From an archaeon (lineage in GTDB: Archaea > Iainarchaeota > Iainarchaeia > Iainarchaeales > CSSED10-239), in the NCBI GenBank assembly GCA_035400625.1, contig DAOMZT010000001.1, forward strand, positions 150,001-182,000: 32,000 nucleotides of DNA. Reading direction: 5' to 3'. Each line of letters begins with the position of its first letter. Positions within the stretch are counted from its first letter, which is position 1. A program made the translations under genes and the position numbers. This document shows positions 15,262 to 24,271 of the stretch, piece by piece. The notes below the pieces were generated by a model. That model saw only the letters and a program-made list of their open reading frames with translations, was not told where the DNA came from and did not search any database.

Positions 15262-16962
15262 ATGGCTGAAAAAGCACAAGACAAAAAAGAAACACAAAGA
15301 AAAGAAGTAGAGGCAGAACAGCTGTTTACTGAGTTTAAAGAACATTCTGTAGCAGATTTCTTTAAGAAAAACAAGCAGATGCTAGGCCTTTCCGGCAAGC
15401 AAAGGTCAATGACTACCATTGTACACGAGCTTGTGACCAATTCTCTTGATGCATGTGAAGAAGCAGGCATTTTGCCAGAGATTGAGGTATCCATTTCTGA
15501 GCTTGGCACAGAATATTATGAAATTTCTGTAATTGATAATGGCCCAGGAATACCAGAAGATAAACTAGCAAGTGCTATGGGAAAATTACTTGCAGGAACA
15601 AAGTTTCATAGGCTAGTCCAAACAAGAGGCCAGCAGGGAATTGGTGTTAGTGGTATTATTCTTTTGTCACAGATGACAACAGGAAAACCAACAAAATTGA
15701 TTTCTGGAACAAATAAAGGAAAAACAGTTTCTATGGAGATGTTAATAGATAGTAAAACTAATACTCCTAAGGTTGCAAACAAACATTATCTAGATAACAA
15801 ATACAGAGGTTTAGCTGTTAAATGTAAGTTTAAAGATATTATCTATAAAAAAGGACAATCAAGTGTTGATGAATATCTAAGAAGAACAGCGATTGCCAAC
15901 CCTCATCTAACAATAAGTTTTCAAGATCCATTAGGTGAGAAAACAACCTATACAAGAACAGTAAATAAACTTCCAAGTATCCCAAAAGCAGTCAAGCCAC
16001 ACCCTATCGGCGTTACTGTTGATGAGATGCTGACCTATGCTAGACATTCTACTGGTTCAAGAAAAGTAAATTCTTTTTTAATGACAACTTTTGACAGGTT
16101 TGGTCAAACTTCTGTTGATAATGTTCAAAAGCTTGTGCATTTTGATTTGAATAAAGATCCTAGGGCATTAAGTTGGGAGGAAGCAGAGGACTTAGTAAAG
16201 GCAATAAAGCAAACTAAGTTTATTGCACCAAGCACTGATAATCTTGTTCCAATTGGCGAAGAGCAAATTAAGAAATCTTTAAAATCAATTGTTGAGCCTG
16301 AGTTCCTTTCAGTGGTTACTAGAAAGCCAACAGTCTATCAAGGAGGTTACGCTTTCCAAATAGAAGCAGCAGTAGCATATGGCGGAAAAGCAGGAAGGCT
16401 TGTTTCTGTTGAAAAAATAGTTGATAAAAAACAAACAAGAATTGAAGAAGTAAGATCTTCTGAAATTATAAGATACGCTAACAAGGCACCATTACTTTTT
16501 GATGCTGGTGGTTGTGCTATCACAAAAACAGCAGAATCTATTGATTGGAAAAGGTATGGTATTAGCAATTTTGACACTAGTCCAATTACTATTTTTGTTA
16601 ATCTAATATCTGTTCATATACCTTACACTTCTGCAGGAAAGTCTGCAGTTTCTGATGACCCAGACATTGTTAATGAAATTAAACTTGCATTAATGGAAGT
16701 TGCTCGTAAAGTTGGAACATATATTATTGACAAGAAAAGAGAAGAGGAAAAAAAAGAAAAGAAAAAGGTGTTTGCAAAATATGCACCATATGTTGTTGAT
16801 GCGATTGTGCATACGACTGGCGAAAAGGACAGAGATTTATTATTGAAAAACCTAAATAACATGGTTCTTGAAAAGCTTAAGATGGAAGAAGAAGGAATAA
16901 AGATTGCTGATGATGAGATAGCTGAAGAGGAAGAAATAATAGACGACGAGTATGAAGAATAA
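15262..16962 (+). CDS. top6B: DNA topoisomerase VI subunit B (GHKL ATPase)
   Basis: 566 aa with SVADFFKKNKQMLGLSG, the Bergerat-fold motifs HELVTNSLDA and DNGPGI, a GQQGIGVSG lid, and an acidic C-terminal tail. Confidence 0.95.
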   Translation: MAEKAQDKKETQRKEVEAEQLFTEFKEHSVADFFKKNKQMLGLSGKQRSMTTIVHELVTNSLDACEEAGILPEIEVSISELGTEYYEISVIDNGPGIPEDKLASAMGKLLAGTKFHRLVQTRGQQGIGVSGIILLSQMTTGKPTKLISGTNKGKTVSMEMLIDSKTNTPKVANKHYLDNKYRGLAVKCKFKDIIYKKGQSSVDEYLRRTAIANPHLTISFQDPLGEKTTYTRTVNKLPSIPKAVKPHPIGVTVDEMLTYARHSTGSRKVNSFLMTTFDRFGQTSVDNVQKLVHFDLNKDPRALSWEEAEDLVKAIKQTKFIAPSTDNLVPIGEEQIKKSLKSIVEPEFLSVVTRKPTVYQGGYAFQIEAAVAYGGKAGRLVSVEKIVDKKQTRIEEVRSSEIIRYANKAPLLFDAGGCAITKTAESIDWKRYGISNFDTSPITIFVNLISVHIPYTSAGKSAVSDDPDIVNEIKLALMEVARKVGTYIIDKKREEEKKEKKKVFAKYAPYVVDAIVHTTGEKDRDLLLKNLNNMVLEKLKMEEEGIKIADDEIAEEEEIIDDEYEE

Positions 16963-16973
16963 ATGTGATAATT

Positions 16974-18134
16974 ATGGCAAAAAAAAAAGAAACAACATTA
17001 GTAAAAAAACGTCAACATAAAAGGCTTGATAAATATGAGACTGAAACTACAAAGGAAGTAGAAAGAAAAACCTATCAGATAGCAAAAGACATTGTTGATC
17101 AGATAAAAAGCAATAGACACCCAACCTTTACAACAAAGGTAAGAGGGCTTAGCAATGTTTATTTTGATGAAGACAAGCAATACATACAGCTTGGAGACAA
17201 AAAAACAATCAGGCCTTTTCTAAATCTTGGGGCTGCAAGAAAGTTCATGCAGACAATGCTTGTTAATGATAAATGTAATGAATATTTAAAAGAAGGAAAG
17301 ACAGCATCAATCAGAGAAATCTATTATGAACTAAAACGAACAGTAGCTAACACCAAAGAAAACACCTTTGAATCACAAAGCGAGTCTAATGAAGTTATTG
17401 TTGATGTTGAGCATGCTGCTAATACCATTAGAGAAAAATTAGGATTGCATGCTGAAGCGAAAGGTTCTCTTTATGGCGATATTACTCTTAAGGATCTAAA
17501 ACACGACAATGATGTTTTCAATTGTAATTCTCTTGGCAGAGGTGGCTGGAGCATAATGTCCAGAATTGAGCCTGAAGAGATAGAGATTGTTGATATTAAT
17601 GCTGATTTTGTTTTAGTTATTGAAACAGCAGCAATGTACAATAGACTGATAGAAGAAAAATATGCACCTAAGCACAATGCAATATTAGTTGGAACTGGTG
17701 GTCAAGGTGCAAGAGGAGCAAGAAGATTAATTCACAGATTAAGATATGAATATGATCTCCCAGTCATTGTCTTTACAGATGGAGATCCTTATGGTTGGTA
17801 CATCTATTCTGTTATCAAAAGCGGATCAATGGCATTAGCTGCACATTCTAAATATCTGGCGGTTCCTGATGCCAAGTATGTTGGAATGACCCTAACAGAT
17901 GTTGAAACATATGGCTTACAAAATGTTACTGAAAAAATGAAAGAAGGAGATGTCAAAAGAGCAAAGGAACTAATGAACTATGATTGGTTCAAATCAGCAA
18001 AATGGCAAGCTGAATTAAAACTTGCGATTGATAAAAAAATCAGAATAGAACAACAGGCTCTTGCAAACAAGTCTCTTGACTTCGTTGCTAAAAAATATTT
18101 GCCAGAAAAGATAGAAAATGAAATTTTCTTATAA
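16974..18134 (+). CDS. top6A: DNA topoisomerase VI subunit A (Spo11 family)
   Basis: It has a winged-helix/5Y-CAP region with IREIYYELK and Toprim motifs VLVIETAAM and FTDGDPYGWYIY. The start was chosen at ATG 16974 (MAKKK); the track begins at GTG 16965. It lies 12 nt after the top6B stop. Confidence 0.95.
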   Translation: MAKKKETTLVKKRQHKRLDKYETETTKEVERKTYQIAKDIVDQIKSNRHPTFTTKVRGLSNVYFDEDKQYIQLGDKKTIRPFLNLGAARKFMQTMLVNDKCNEYLKEGKTASIREIYYELKRTVANTKENTFESQSESNEVIVDVEHAANTIREKLGLHAEAKGSLYGDITLKDLKHDNDVFNCNSLGRGGWSIMSRIEPEEIEIVDINADFVLVIETAAMYNRLIEEKYAPKHNAILVGTGGQGARGARRLIHRLRYEYDLPVIVFTDGDPYGWYIYSVIKSGSMALAAHSKYLAVPDAKYVGMTLTDVETYGLQNVTEKMKEGDVKRAKELMNYDWFKSAKWQAELKLAIDKKIRIEQQALANKSLDFVAKKYLPEKIENEIFL

Positions 18135-18156
18135 TTTTAAATAGGAGGAAAAGAAA

Positions 18157-18408
18157 GTGCCACAAATATTAAGAATGAGAAGGGTTATTCCTGGAAAAAG
18201 AATAAAACCACCAAGAAGAGAAACAACAACTGGAAGTGTTCTTGGTTGGAATAGAACCAAACCAAAAACAACTGATTATAGGGCAAAAGGCGATAGAAGA
18301 CCTAGAAACGATATTAGAGTAAAAGATTTTGAAAAAGACAGTAGTAACATAAATCAAAGGCTTCGCAGAAATAGGGGCAGATCTACAAGAGATATAGAGT
18401 TTGACTAA
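18157..18408 (+). CDS. Hypothetical small arginine-rich protein
   Basis: 83 aa with a GTG start preceded by a strong AGGAGG SD at an 8-nt spacing. It lies 22 nt after top6A. It is very basic and looks disordered (RRPRNDIRVK, RLRRNRGRSTR). I recognise no family. Confidence 0.45.
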   Translation: MPQILRMRRVIPGKRIKPPRRETTTGSVLGWNRTKPKTTDYRAKGDRRPRNDIRVKDFEKDSSNINQRLRRNRGRSTRDIEFD

Positions 18409-18423
18409 ATTTAATTTAAGAGG

Positions 18424-19638
18424 CTAAACACTTCTTAGATCTTTTTCTTTATCAGGCAATATCTGGTTTAGTATTATTCCAATAACACTAGTAAGAGCAA
18501 CCCCGCCTAATGAGAAATTGCCAAAAGATATCATTGCCCCACCAACACCAATAGCAAGCATAACTGCAATTATTACCATGTTTTTTGTGTGATTGAGATT
18601 TACTTTGTTTTCCATTAGTGTTTTGATCCCAATAATAGTTATCATCCCAAATAACAAAAGCATTATTCCTCCTAAGATTGCTTCAGGGATTGTATATAAA
18701 AAGCCACTGATCTTTCCAAGAAACGCAAAGCAAATGGCTGTAATTGCTGCAATTCTTAGAACTGCTGGCTCTGTTATTTTTGTTAAGATTATAGCTCCTG
18801 TAACTTCAGAATATGTTGTTGTTGGTGTTCCTCCTACACAACCAGAGAAAAAAGTTGCACAGCCATCTCCTAACATGGTTCTTGAGAGGCCAGGATCTTT
18901 TACAAAATTTTTGTTTGTTACTTTAGAAATTGCATATATGTCTCCAATATGTTCTATTATTGGAGCAATAGCAACAGGTATCAAGAACAATATTGCATTA
19001 ATATTAAATGTTGGCATAGTAAATTGTGGTATAGAAAACCAAGGAGCATTTATTAGTTTGGAATAATCTACAACTTTTAATATGGCTGCAACAACATAAC
19101 TAACAATCAATCCAAAGATAACAGGCAATAACTTAAGAGTGCCTTTCCCAAAAACAACAACTATTATTGCAGTAGCCAAAGCAATAATTGCAAGCAACCA
19201 ATTGCTGTTTGCCATTTTCACGCCTGTTCCAGCAAGAGATAAACCAATAACCATTATTACTGGTCCAATAACAACAGGCGGGAAAAGGTTAGACAAGAAT
19301 TTAACTCCTTTTTTCTTAACAACAAAGGCCATTATCATATATACAACACCAACAGCCATTAATCCGCTAAGAGTTCCTGAATACCCATAAAGCTCTGTTG
19401 CTTTAATAACAGGAGCAATAAAAACAAACGAGCTTCCAAGAAACAACGGGATTTTGCCTTTAGTAACAAAATGAAAAATCAAAGTGCCACAACCAGCAGT
19501 AAAAAGAGCAACAGCAGGATCAATACCAACAAGCAAAGGAACAAGAACAATTGCACCAAATGCAACAAAAAGCATTTGTATTCCAAATATTATTTTTTTA
19601 AATGTGCTTAGCTTGGCTGGTTGTTCTTTATCTCTCAT
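18424..19638 (-). CDS. Uracil/xanthine permease (NCS2/NAT family)
   Basis: 404 aa and polytopic. IFGIQMLFVAFGAIVLVPLLVGIDPAVALFTAGCGTLIFHFVTKGKIPLFLGSSFVFIAPV closely resembles the UraA/PyrP N-terminal core. Confidence 0.88.
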   Translation of the reverse strand: MRDKEQPAKLSTFKKIIFGIQMLFVAFGAIVLVPLLVGIDPAVALFTAGCGTLIFHFVTKGKIPLFLGSSFVFIAPVIKATELYGYSGTLSGLMAVGVVYMIMAFVVKKKGVKFLSNLFPPVVIGPVIMVIGLSLAGTGVKMANSNWLLAIIALATAIIVVVFGKGTLKLLPVIFGLIVSYVVAAILKVVDYSKLINAPWFSIPQFTMPTFNINAILFLIPVAIAPIIEHIGDIYAISKVTNKNFVKDPGLSRTMLGDGCATFFSGCVGGTPTTTYSEVTGAIILTKITEPAVLRIAAITAICFAFLGKISGFLYTIPEAILGGIMLLLFGMITIIGIKTLMENKVNLNHTKNMVIIAVMLAIGVGGAMISFGNFSLGGVALTSVIGIILNQILPDKEKDLRSV

Positions 19639-19736
19639 GAATAAACCAAAGATAAAAGATTTTATAAAGCTTATTTTTATAATCTGTTTGTTTCTATAAT
19701 TATATTAGTCTAATTTTAATAAAAGGAGAATTCAAA

Positions 19737-20915
19737 ATGAACATACTAATAATTAATGCAGGCAGTAGTTCTCTAAAGTTTCAATATATCAACCCTGATA
19801 CTGAAGAGATTTTAATAAAAGGGCATTATGATGGCTTAAACAGAACTGATGGCAAATCTTGTTTAAGGATTCTAACAATCGGCTCAAAAACCACTCAAGA
19901 AACAGAAATAAAAACACATAGACAAGCAATTGAAGACATGCTTTCTGTTCTTTTAGAAAAGAAAATTGTTGAAAATCTTTCTGATATAAGCTCTATTGGG
20001 CATAGAGTTGTACATGGTGCAGAAGAATATTCTAAGACAACAGAAATTACTGACACCATGCTTTTGCATCTTAAAAAGATTTCTTTTTTAGCACCTCTTC
20101 ATAATCCAGTTAATATTGAATGTATTGAGATTCTAAAAGAGAAACTTCCACAAGCAAGACATTTTGCAGTCTTTGATACTGCATTTCATCAAACAATTCC
20201 AGAAAGGATATATCTTTATGGGCTTCCAAAAGAGCTTTATGATAAGTTCAAGATTAGAAAATATGGCTTTCATGGAATTAGCCATCAATATGTTTCTAAA
20301 AAAGCAGCTGAGATCTTAGGCAAAGACTATAATAGCCTGAAGCTAATAACTTGCCATTTAGGAAATGGCCAGAGCATTTGTGCAATCAATCAAGGCAAGA
20401 GCTTTGATATTTCTATGGGCTTTACGCCTGTTGATGGGCTCCCAATGGGAACAAGAAGTGGAAGCTTTGATCCAGAGATTGTTCTTTTTCTTTTAGAACA
20501 TGGTTATTCCAAAGAACAAATAAAGAAAATAATAAATAAAGAATCTGGATTATTTGGAATAAGCCAAATAAGTAGCGATCACAGGCAAATAGAAGATCTC
20601 TCAATAGCAGGAGATAAAAAAGCAAAACTTGCTAATGATATTCTTACAACAAGAATAGTTTCAATTATTGGAAGTTATATTGCTGAGATGAACGGAGTTG
20701 ATGCAATTATCTTTACTGGTGGCATTGGTGAGAAATCAGCGTATCTTAGAGAGCTTGTTCTTGAGCACTTTACTTATCTTGGCTTAGAGATAGACAAAGA
20801 GGCAAACCAGAAACACAATGTTTTTATTTCAACAAAAAACAGCAAGGTCATAGCAATGGTAGTTCCAACAAACGAGGAGTTAGAGATAGCAATTGAGACT
20901 AAAAAGAACTTATAG
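19737..20915 (+). CDS. ackA: Acetate kinase
   Basis: 392 aa with ILIINAGSSSLKFQ, GHRVVHGAEEY, FDTAFHQT and TGGIGEKS motifs of the ASKHA acetate/propionate kinase family. Confidence 0.95.
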   Translation: MNILIINAGSSSLKFQYINPDTEEILIKGHYDGLNRTDGKSCLRILTIGSKTTQETEIKTHRQAIEDMLSVLLEKKIVENLSDISSIGHRVVHGAEEYSKTTEITDTMLLHLKKISFLAPLHNPVNIECIEILKEKLPQARHFAVFDTAFHQTIPERIYLYGLPKELYDKFKIRKYGFHGISHQYVSKKAAEILGKDYNSLKLITCHLGNGQSICAINQGKSFDISMGFTPVDGLPMGTRSGSFDPEIVLFLLEHGYSKEQIKKIINKESGLFGISQISSDHRQIEDLSIAGDKKAKLANDILTTRIVSIIGSYIAEMNGVDAIIFTGGIGEKSAYLRELVLEHFTYLGLEIDKEANQKHNVFISTKNSKVIAMVVPTNEELEIAIETKKNL

Positions 20916-21836
20916 CTTCTCTAGTTTCAATAGCTCTTCCCATCTTCTATCTACTTCTGCCTGTATCTCTTGTAGTATTTTTTTATTTTCTGGTTTTAAG
21001 AGCTTTTTAAATTTGGTTTGTGTTTTTAGAAATTCTTCGATTGGAAGTTTCTTTGCTGGCTTATAGTTGATAATTACTTTGCCATTAATCACTTCATAAA
21101 GAGGCCAAAAGCAAGTTTCTGTAGCTAGCTTGCTAATACTAATAGTATATCTTGAATCTGCTTTCATGTTTGTTGGGCATGCTGCAAAAGAAATAAGCAC
21201 TGCTGGGCCTTTAACATCAAAAGCTTTCTTTGCTTTTTCAAACATATCCGTTTGGTTATGAGAATTAATTTGAGCAACATAAGGGATGTTGTGTGCAGAA
21301 GCTATCTTTGTTAAATCTTTTGGAAACTCTAATTTTCCAATTTCTGTTTTTCCTGATGGCGTTGTTGATGTTGCTGCTCCTTTTGGAGTTGCTGAGCTTC
21401 TTTGGTTACCGGTATTTTGATAGCCTTCATTTGAATAACACAAAAAAACAAAATCATGTCCTCTCTCTAAGGCTCCGGAAAGTGATGCAAGCCCTATGTC
21501 ATAGCCACCACCATCTCCAGAAATTACTAAAAAATTAATGTCTTCTTTTATTTTACCTTTCTTTTTTTGTGCCTTGTATGCTCGTTCAATTCCTGAGATG
21601 GTCGCAGGAGCATTTGCAAAAAGAGAATGAATCCAAGGGATATTCCAAGCTGTTTGCGGATAAACTGTTGTTGTTACCTCTGCACAAGATGTGGCGCTTG
21701 CTGCAACAACAGGCTTATCACTTGCCGCAATAACTGTCTTACAAATAATCATTATTGGACAGCCTGCACAAGTCCTATAACCTGGCACTATTGATTTATT
21801 TTCTAATAATTTAATTGCAAGTTCTTTTGAGTTCAT
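20910..21836 (-). CDS. porB: Pyruvate/2-oxoacid:ferredoxin oxidoreductase subunit beta (TPP-binding)
   Basis: 308 aa with CAGCP Cys motifs and the TPP motif ISGDGGGYDIGLASLSGALERGHDFVFLCYSNEGYQNTG. Confidence 0.92.
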   Translation of the reverse strand: MNSKELAIKLLENKSIVPGYRTCAGCPIMIICKTVIAASDKPVVAASATSCAEVTTTVYPQTAWNIPWIHSLFANAPATISGIERAYKAQKKKGKIKEDINFLVISGDGGGYDIGLASLSGALERGHDFVFLCYSNEGYQNTGNQRSSATPKGAATSTTPSGKTEIGKLEFPKDLTKIASAHNIPYVAQINSHNQTDMFEKAKKAFDVKGPAVLISFAACPTNMKADSRYTISISKLATETCFWPLYEVINGKVIINYKPAKKLPIEEFLKTQTKFKKLLKPENKKILQEIQAEVDRRWEELLKLEKL

Positions 21837-21839
21837 ATT

Positions 21840-23000
21840 TTATCCCTTAATTCCAATATATCTACTTTTTATTTTTTTTCCAGACATTACAGAAACTAAA
21901 AGTTCTTCAATATCTTTTTGATAAATGTCTCTTCCGCCTAAGCCAAAGACAAACGAAAATATTTCTGGCCAGTTTTTATTATCCCTAACAGTTAAACAAA
22001 TTTCCTTGTAAAGAGGAGGAAAGCTACCAGGGCTTTCGGTTCTTTCAAGAACAATTATCTTTTTTGCTTTTGTTAATGCCTTAGAATATTCCTCATATAA
22101 GAAAGGCCTAAATAAAATTGGTCTAAGAAGGCCAACATCTTTTCCCTCCTTTCTTAATTTATCAATAACATCTTTTGATGCTTCGCCAGTAGAGCTTAGA
22201 ACAACAAGAACAGTTTCTGAGTTGCTAGCAAAATAGTCTTCATAAAATTTTATGTTTTTTCCAAAAGTTTCTTTATATTCTTTTGAAATCTTCAGATAAT
22301 TTTCTTTAACTTTAAAAAACGCATCATACATTTCCTTTCTAATTTCAAAATAACTATCTGTAAGTGAGAGTGCTCCAACTGTTATTGGCTTTTTAATATC
22401 TAACAGACTATAGTTTGGTTTAAAATTTCCTATAAACTCTTTAACTGTTTTGTCATCATAAACATTAACTATTTCCATGTTGTGGCTAGTATAAAATCCA
22501 TCAATACAAACCATTATTGGAAGATAAACTGATTCAGCAAGTCTTAAGCTAAATAAGGTCATGTTATAAGCTTCTTCAGCATTCTCACAATAAACTTGCA
22601 TCCAGCCTTGATCAAGAGTTGACATGCTGTCACTATGATCACAATGGATGTTGATAGGTGCAGAGATTGCTCTGTTGGCAACAGGCATTACAATTGGTAG
22701 CCTTAGGCCACTAGCAACACTTAATGCTTCAAACATATACATCAAGCCTTGTGATGCGGTTGCAGTTACTGCTCTAACCCCAGATGCTGATGCGCCGATG
22801 GTTGCAGAAAGAGCAGAATGTTCAGATTCTGTTCTAATTATTTCAGTATCTACTAGGTCATTAGCCACAAACTTAGCATAGCTCTCAATGATTGGTGTTT
22901 GTGGAGTAATAGGATACATTGCAAAAACCTCTGGATTAATTTGCTTTAATGCAAAAGCAATTGCCTCTCCGCCATTTAAACCTAATTTTGTCTTTTTCAT
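21840..23000 (-). CDS. porA: Pyruvate/2-oxoacid:ferredoxin oxidoreductase subunit alpha
   Basis: 386 aa with GGEAIAFALKQINPEVFAMYPITPQTPI and SEHSALSATIGASASGVRAVTATASQGL, typical of PorA/KorA. Confidence 0.92.
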   Translation of the reverse strand: MKKTKLGLNGGEAIAFALKQINPEVFAMYPITPQTPIIESYAKFVANDLVDTEIIRTESEHSALSATIGASASGVRAVTATASQGLMYMFEALSVASGLRLPIVMPVANRAISAPINIHCDHSDSMSTLDQGWMQVYCENAEEAYNMTLFSLRLAESVYLPIMVCIDGFYTSHNMEIVNVYDDKTVKEFIGNFKPNYSLLDIKKPITVGALSLTDSYFEIRKEMYDAFFKVKENYLKISKEYKETFGKNIKFYEDYFASNSETVLVVLSSTGEASKDVIDKLRKEGKDVGLLRPILFRPFLYEEYSKALTKAKKIIVLERTESPGSFPPLYKEICLTVRDNKNWPEIFSFVFGLGGRDIYQKDIEELLVSVMSGKKIKSRYIGIKG

Positions 23001-23004
23001 ATTT

Positions 23005-23289
23005 TTACTCCTTAACCATCTTTATGCATTTAACTGGGCAGACTTCTTCACATATCCCACAGCCCTTACAATAATCTAAATCTGTCTCTTCTCTTTTGAT
23101 GTTCCCTTTATCATCTTTCTTTGCCTTTATACATTGTTCTGGACAAGCATTAAAGCAAAACATACAATGTATGCACTTTTTAGAATCCCATTCTGGTTTT
23201 AAGCTTCTCCACGAGCCAGTTTTATTTTTATGGGCTGTTCCCCCAGGAATAACCCCTCCAATCATTTTAGTTTCTGTCATAATCATCAC
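23005..23289 (-). CDS. porD: Pyruvate:ferredoxin oxidoreductase subunit delta (2x[4Fe-4S] ferredoxin)
   Basis: 94 aa with two CxxCxxCxxxCP motifs (CIHCMFCFNACP and CKGCGICEEVCP). It has an ATGA-type overlap with porG. Confidence 0.92.
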   Translation of the reverse strand: MMIMTETKMIGGVIPGGTAHKNKTGSWRSLKPEWDSKKCIHCMFCFNACPEQCIKAKKDDKGNIKREETDLDYCKGCGICEEVCPVKCIKMVKE

Positions 23290-23843
23290 TTAAAATAATC
23301 AAACCCTTTTTTAAGGCATAAGAGATTAGGTTCAATAACCTCTTTTTTTCCTTTTTTTTCAAATTCTTTTTTTATAGATTCTTCTACTGAAGAATATTTT
23401 ATTTTTTTAAATAGCTTAACAAAGGCCCCAATAAGAACAGAATTAGGATTATTTATTTTTAATAATTCTAAAGAAATCTTACTACCATCAATCACATTTA
23501 TTTTTTTCTCGTCTTTGATAAATTTTTTAAAATACATTTTGTCGTTGTTGCTATTGATTATATAGCTACAATCAAATTTAGAAAGAGCAGGCAACACCTT
23601 AAACAGCCCACTATCAATAACAATTACTAGGTCTGGTTCTGTGATTGGCTCATGCACTCTGATGTGTTTGTCTGAAATTCTCACAAACGACCTGACTGGC
23701 GCTCCTCTTCTCTCTGGGCCATACTCTGGAAAAGCCTGAACAACCTTTCCATCAATTAATGCAGAATCAGCAATCAATTGCGCACAGGTCTTTGCACCAA
23801 GCCCTGCTCTGCCATATATCATTATTTCAAAAGTATCTTTCAT
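23286..23843 (-). CDS. porG: Pyruvate:ferredoxin oxidoreductase subunit gamma
   Basis: 185 aa with IYGRAGLGAKTCAQLIADSALIDGKVVQAFPEYGPERRGAPVRSFVRIS, typical of the gamma subunit. It is the first por gene in a porGDAB order. Confidence 0.9.
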   Translation of the reverse strand: MKDTFEIMIYGRAGLGAKTCAQLIADSALIDGKVVQAFPEYGPERRGAPVRSFVRISDKHIRVHEPITEPDLVIVIDSGLFKVLPALSKFDCSYIINSNNDKMYFKKFIKDEKKINVIDGSKISLELLKINNPNSVLIGAFVKLFKKIKYSSVEESIKKEFEKKGKKEVIEPNLLCLKKGFDYFK

Positions 23844-23860
23844 AAGTCTTCACTTGAATT

Positions 23861-24196
23861 TCATTTTTTATATATTTCTTTTTTTATGATTTGTAAAAAT
23901 AATTTATCATGATTATCCATAAAACTACTCATTTCCATATTGCCATAAAAATCAAAAAATCTCTGGGATTTTGCGGTTTTTAAACAACCCAAAAATTCTG
24001 ACACTTTCATTTTGCCAATTTCGCGTTTTAGGTTTGCTCTTGAATATTCAGCGCCAATTATTATTCTTCTAATATTAGATCTTGTAGATTTAAAGCCAAT
24101 TACTTTAGATCTTTTATCACCCACTTGTATTCTAACTTTTGTGGTTTTTGGATTGGTTTTTGGTTTTATATATTTTTTCATAATTATTCTCTCCAT
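23861..24196 (-). CDS. Hypothetical small basic protein upstream of porG
   Basis: 111 aa (or 106 aa from MKKYIKPK), 17 nt upstream of porG on the same strand. I recognise no family. Confidence 0.5.
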   Translation of the reverse strand: MERIIMKKYIKPKTNPKTTKVRIQVGDKRSKVIGFKSTRSNIRRIIIGAEYSRANLKREIGKMKVSEFLGCLKTAKSQRFFDFYGNMEMSSFMDNHDKLFLQIIKKEIYKK

Positions 24197-24271
24197 TAAG
24201 TATTAAAACATAAGAAAGAAACCCTTATATATATATTTTTAATATATAGTTATATAGAATAAATTTAAATA

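Noticed and set aside
15231-15509. 92-aa - strand ORF overlapping the top6B start
   Set aside because: It is antisense to the conserved N-terminus and Bergerat fold of top6B and has no independent support.
18169-18357. 62-aa - strand ORF as an alternative to the Arg-rich + strand ORF
   Set aside because: The + strand ORF has a canonical AGGAGG SD at the correct spacing and follows top6A on the same strand. The - strand ORF has no comparable start context, and the alternative cannot be fully excluded.
18593-19066. 157-aa ORF on the + strand (with 19139..19390 and 19484..19699) inside the permease locus
   Set aside because: It is entirely antisense to a confidently identified NCS2 permease. 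The translations are Ile/Pro/Thr-rich mirror images of TM helices with no recognisable motif or start signal.
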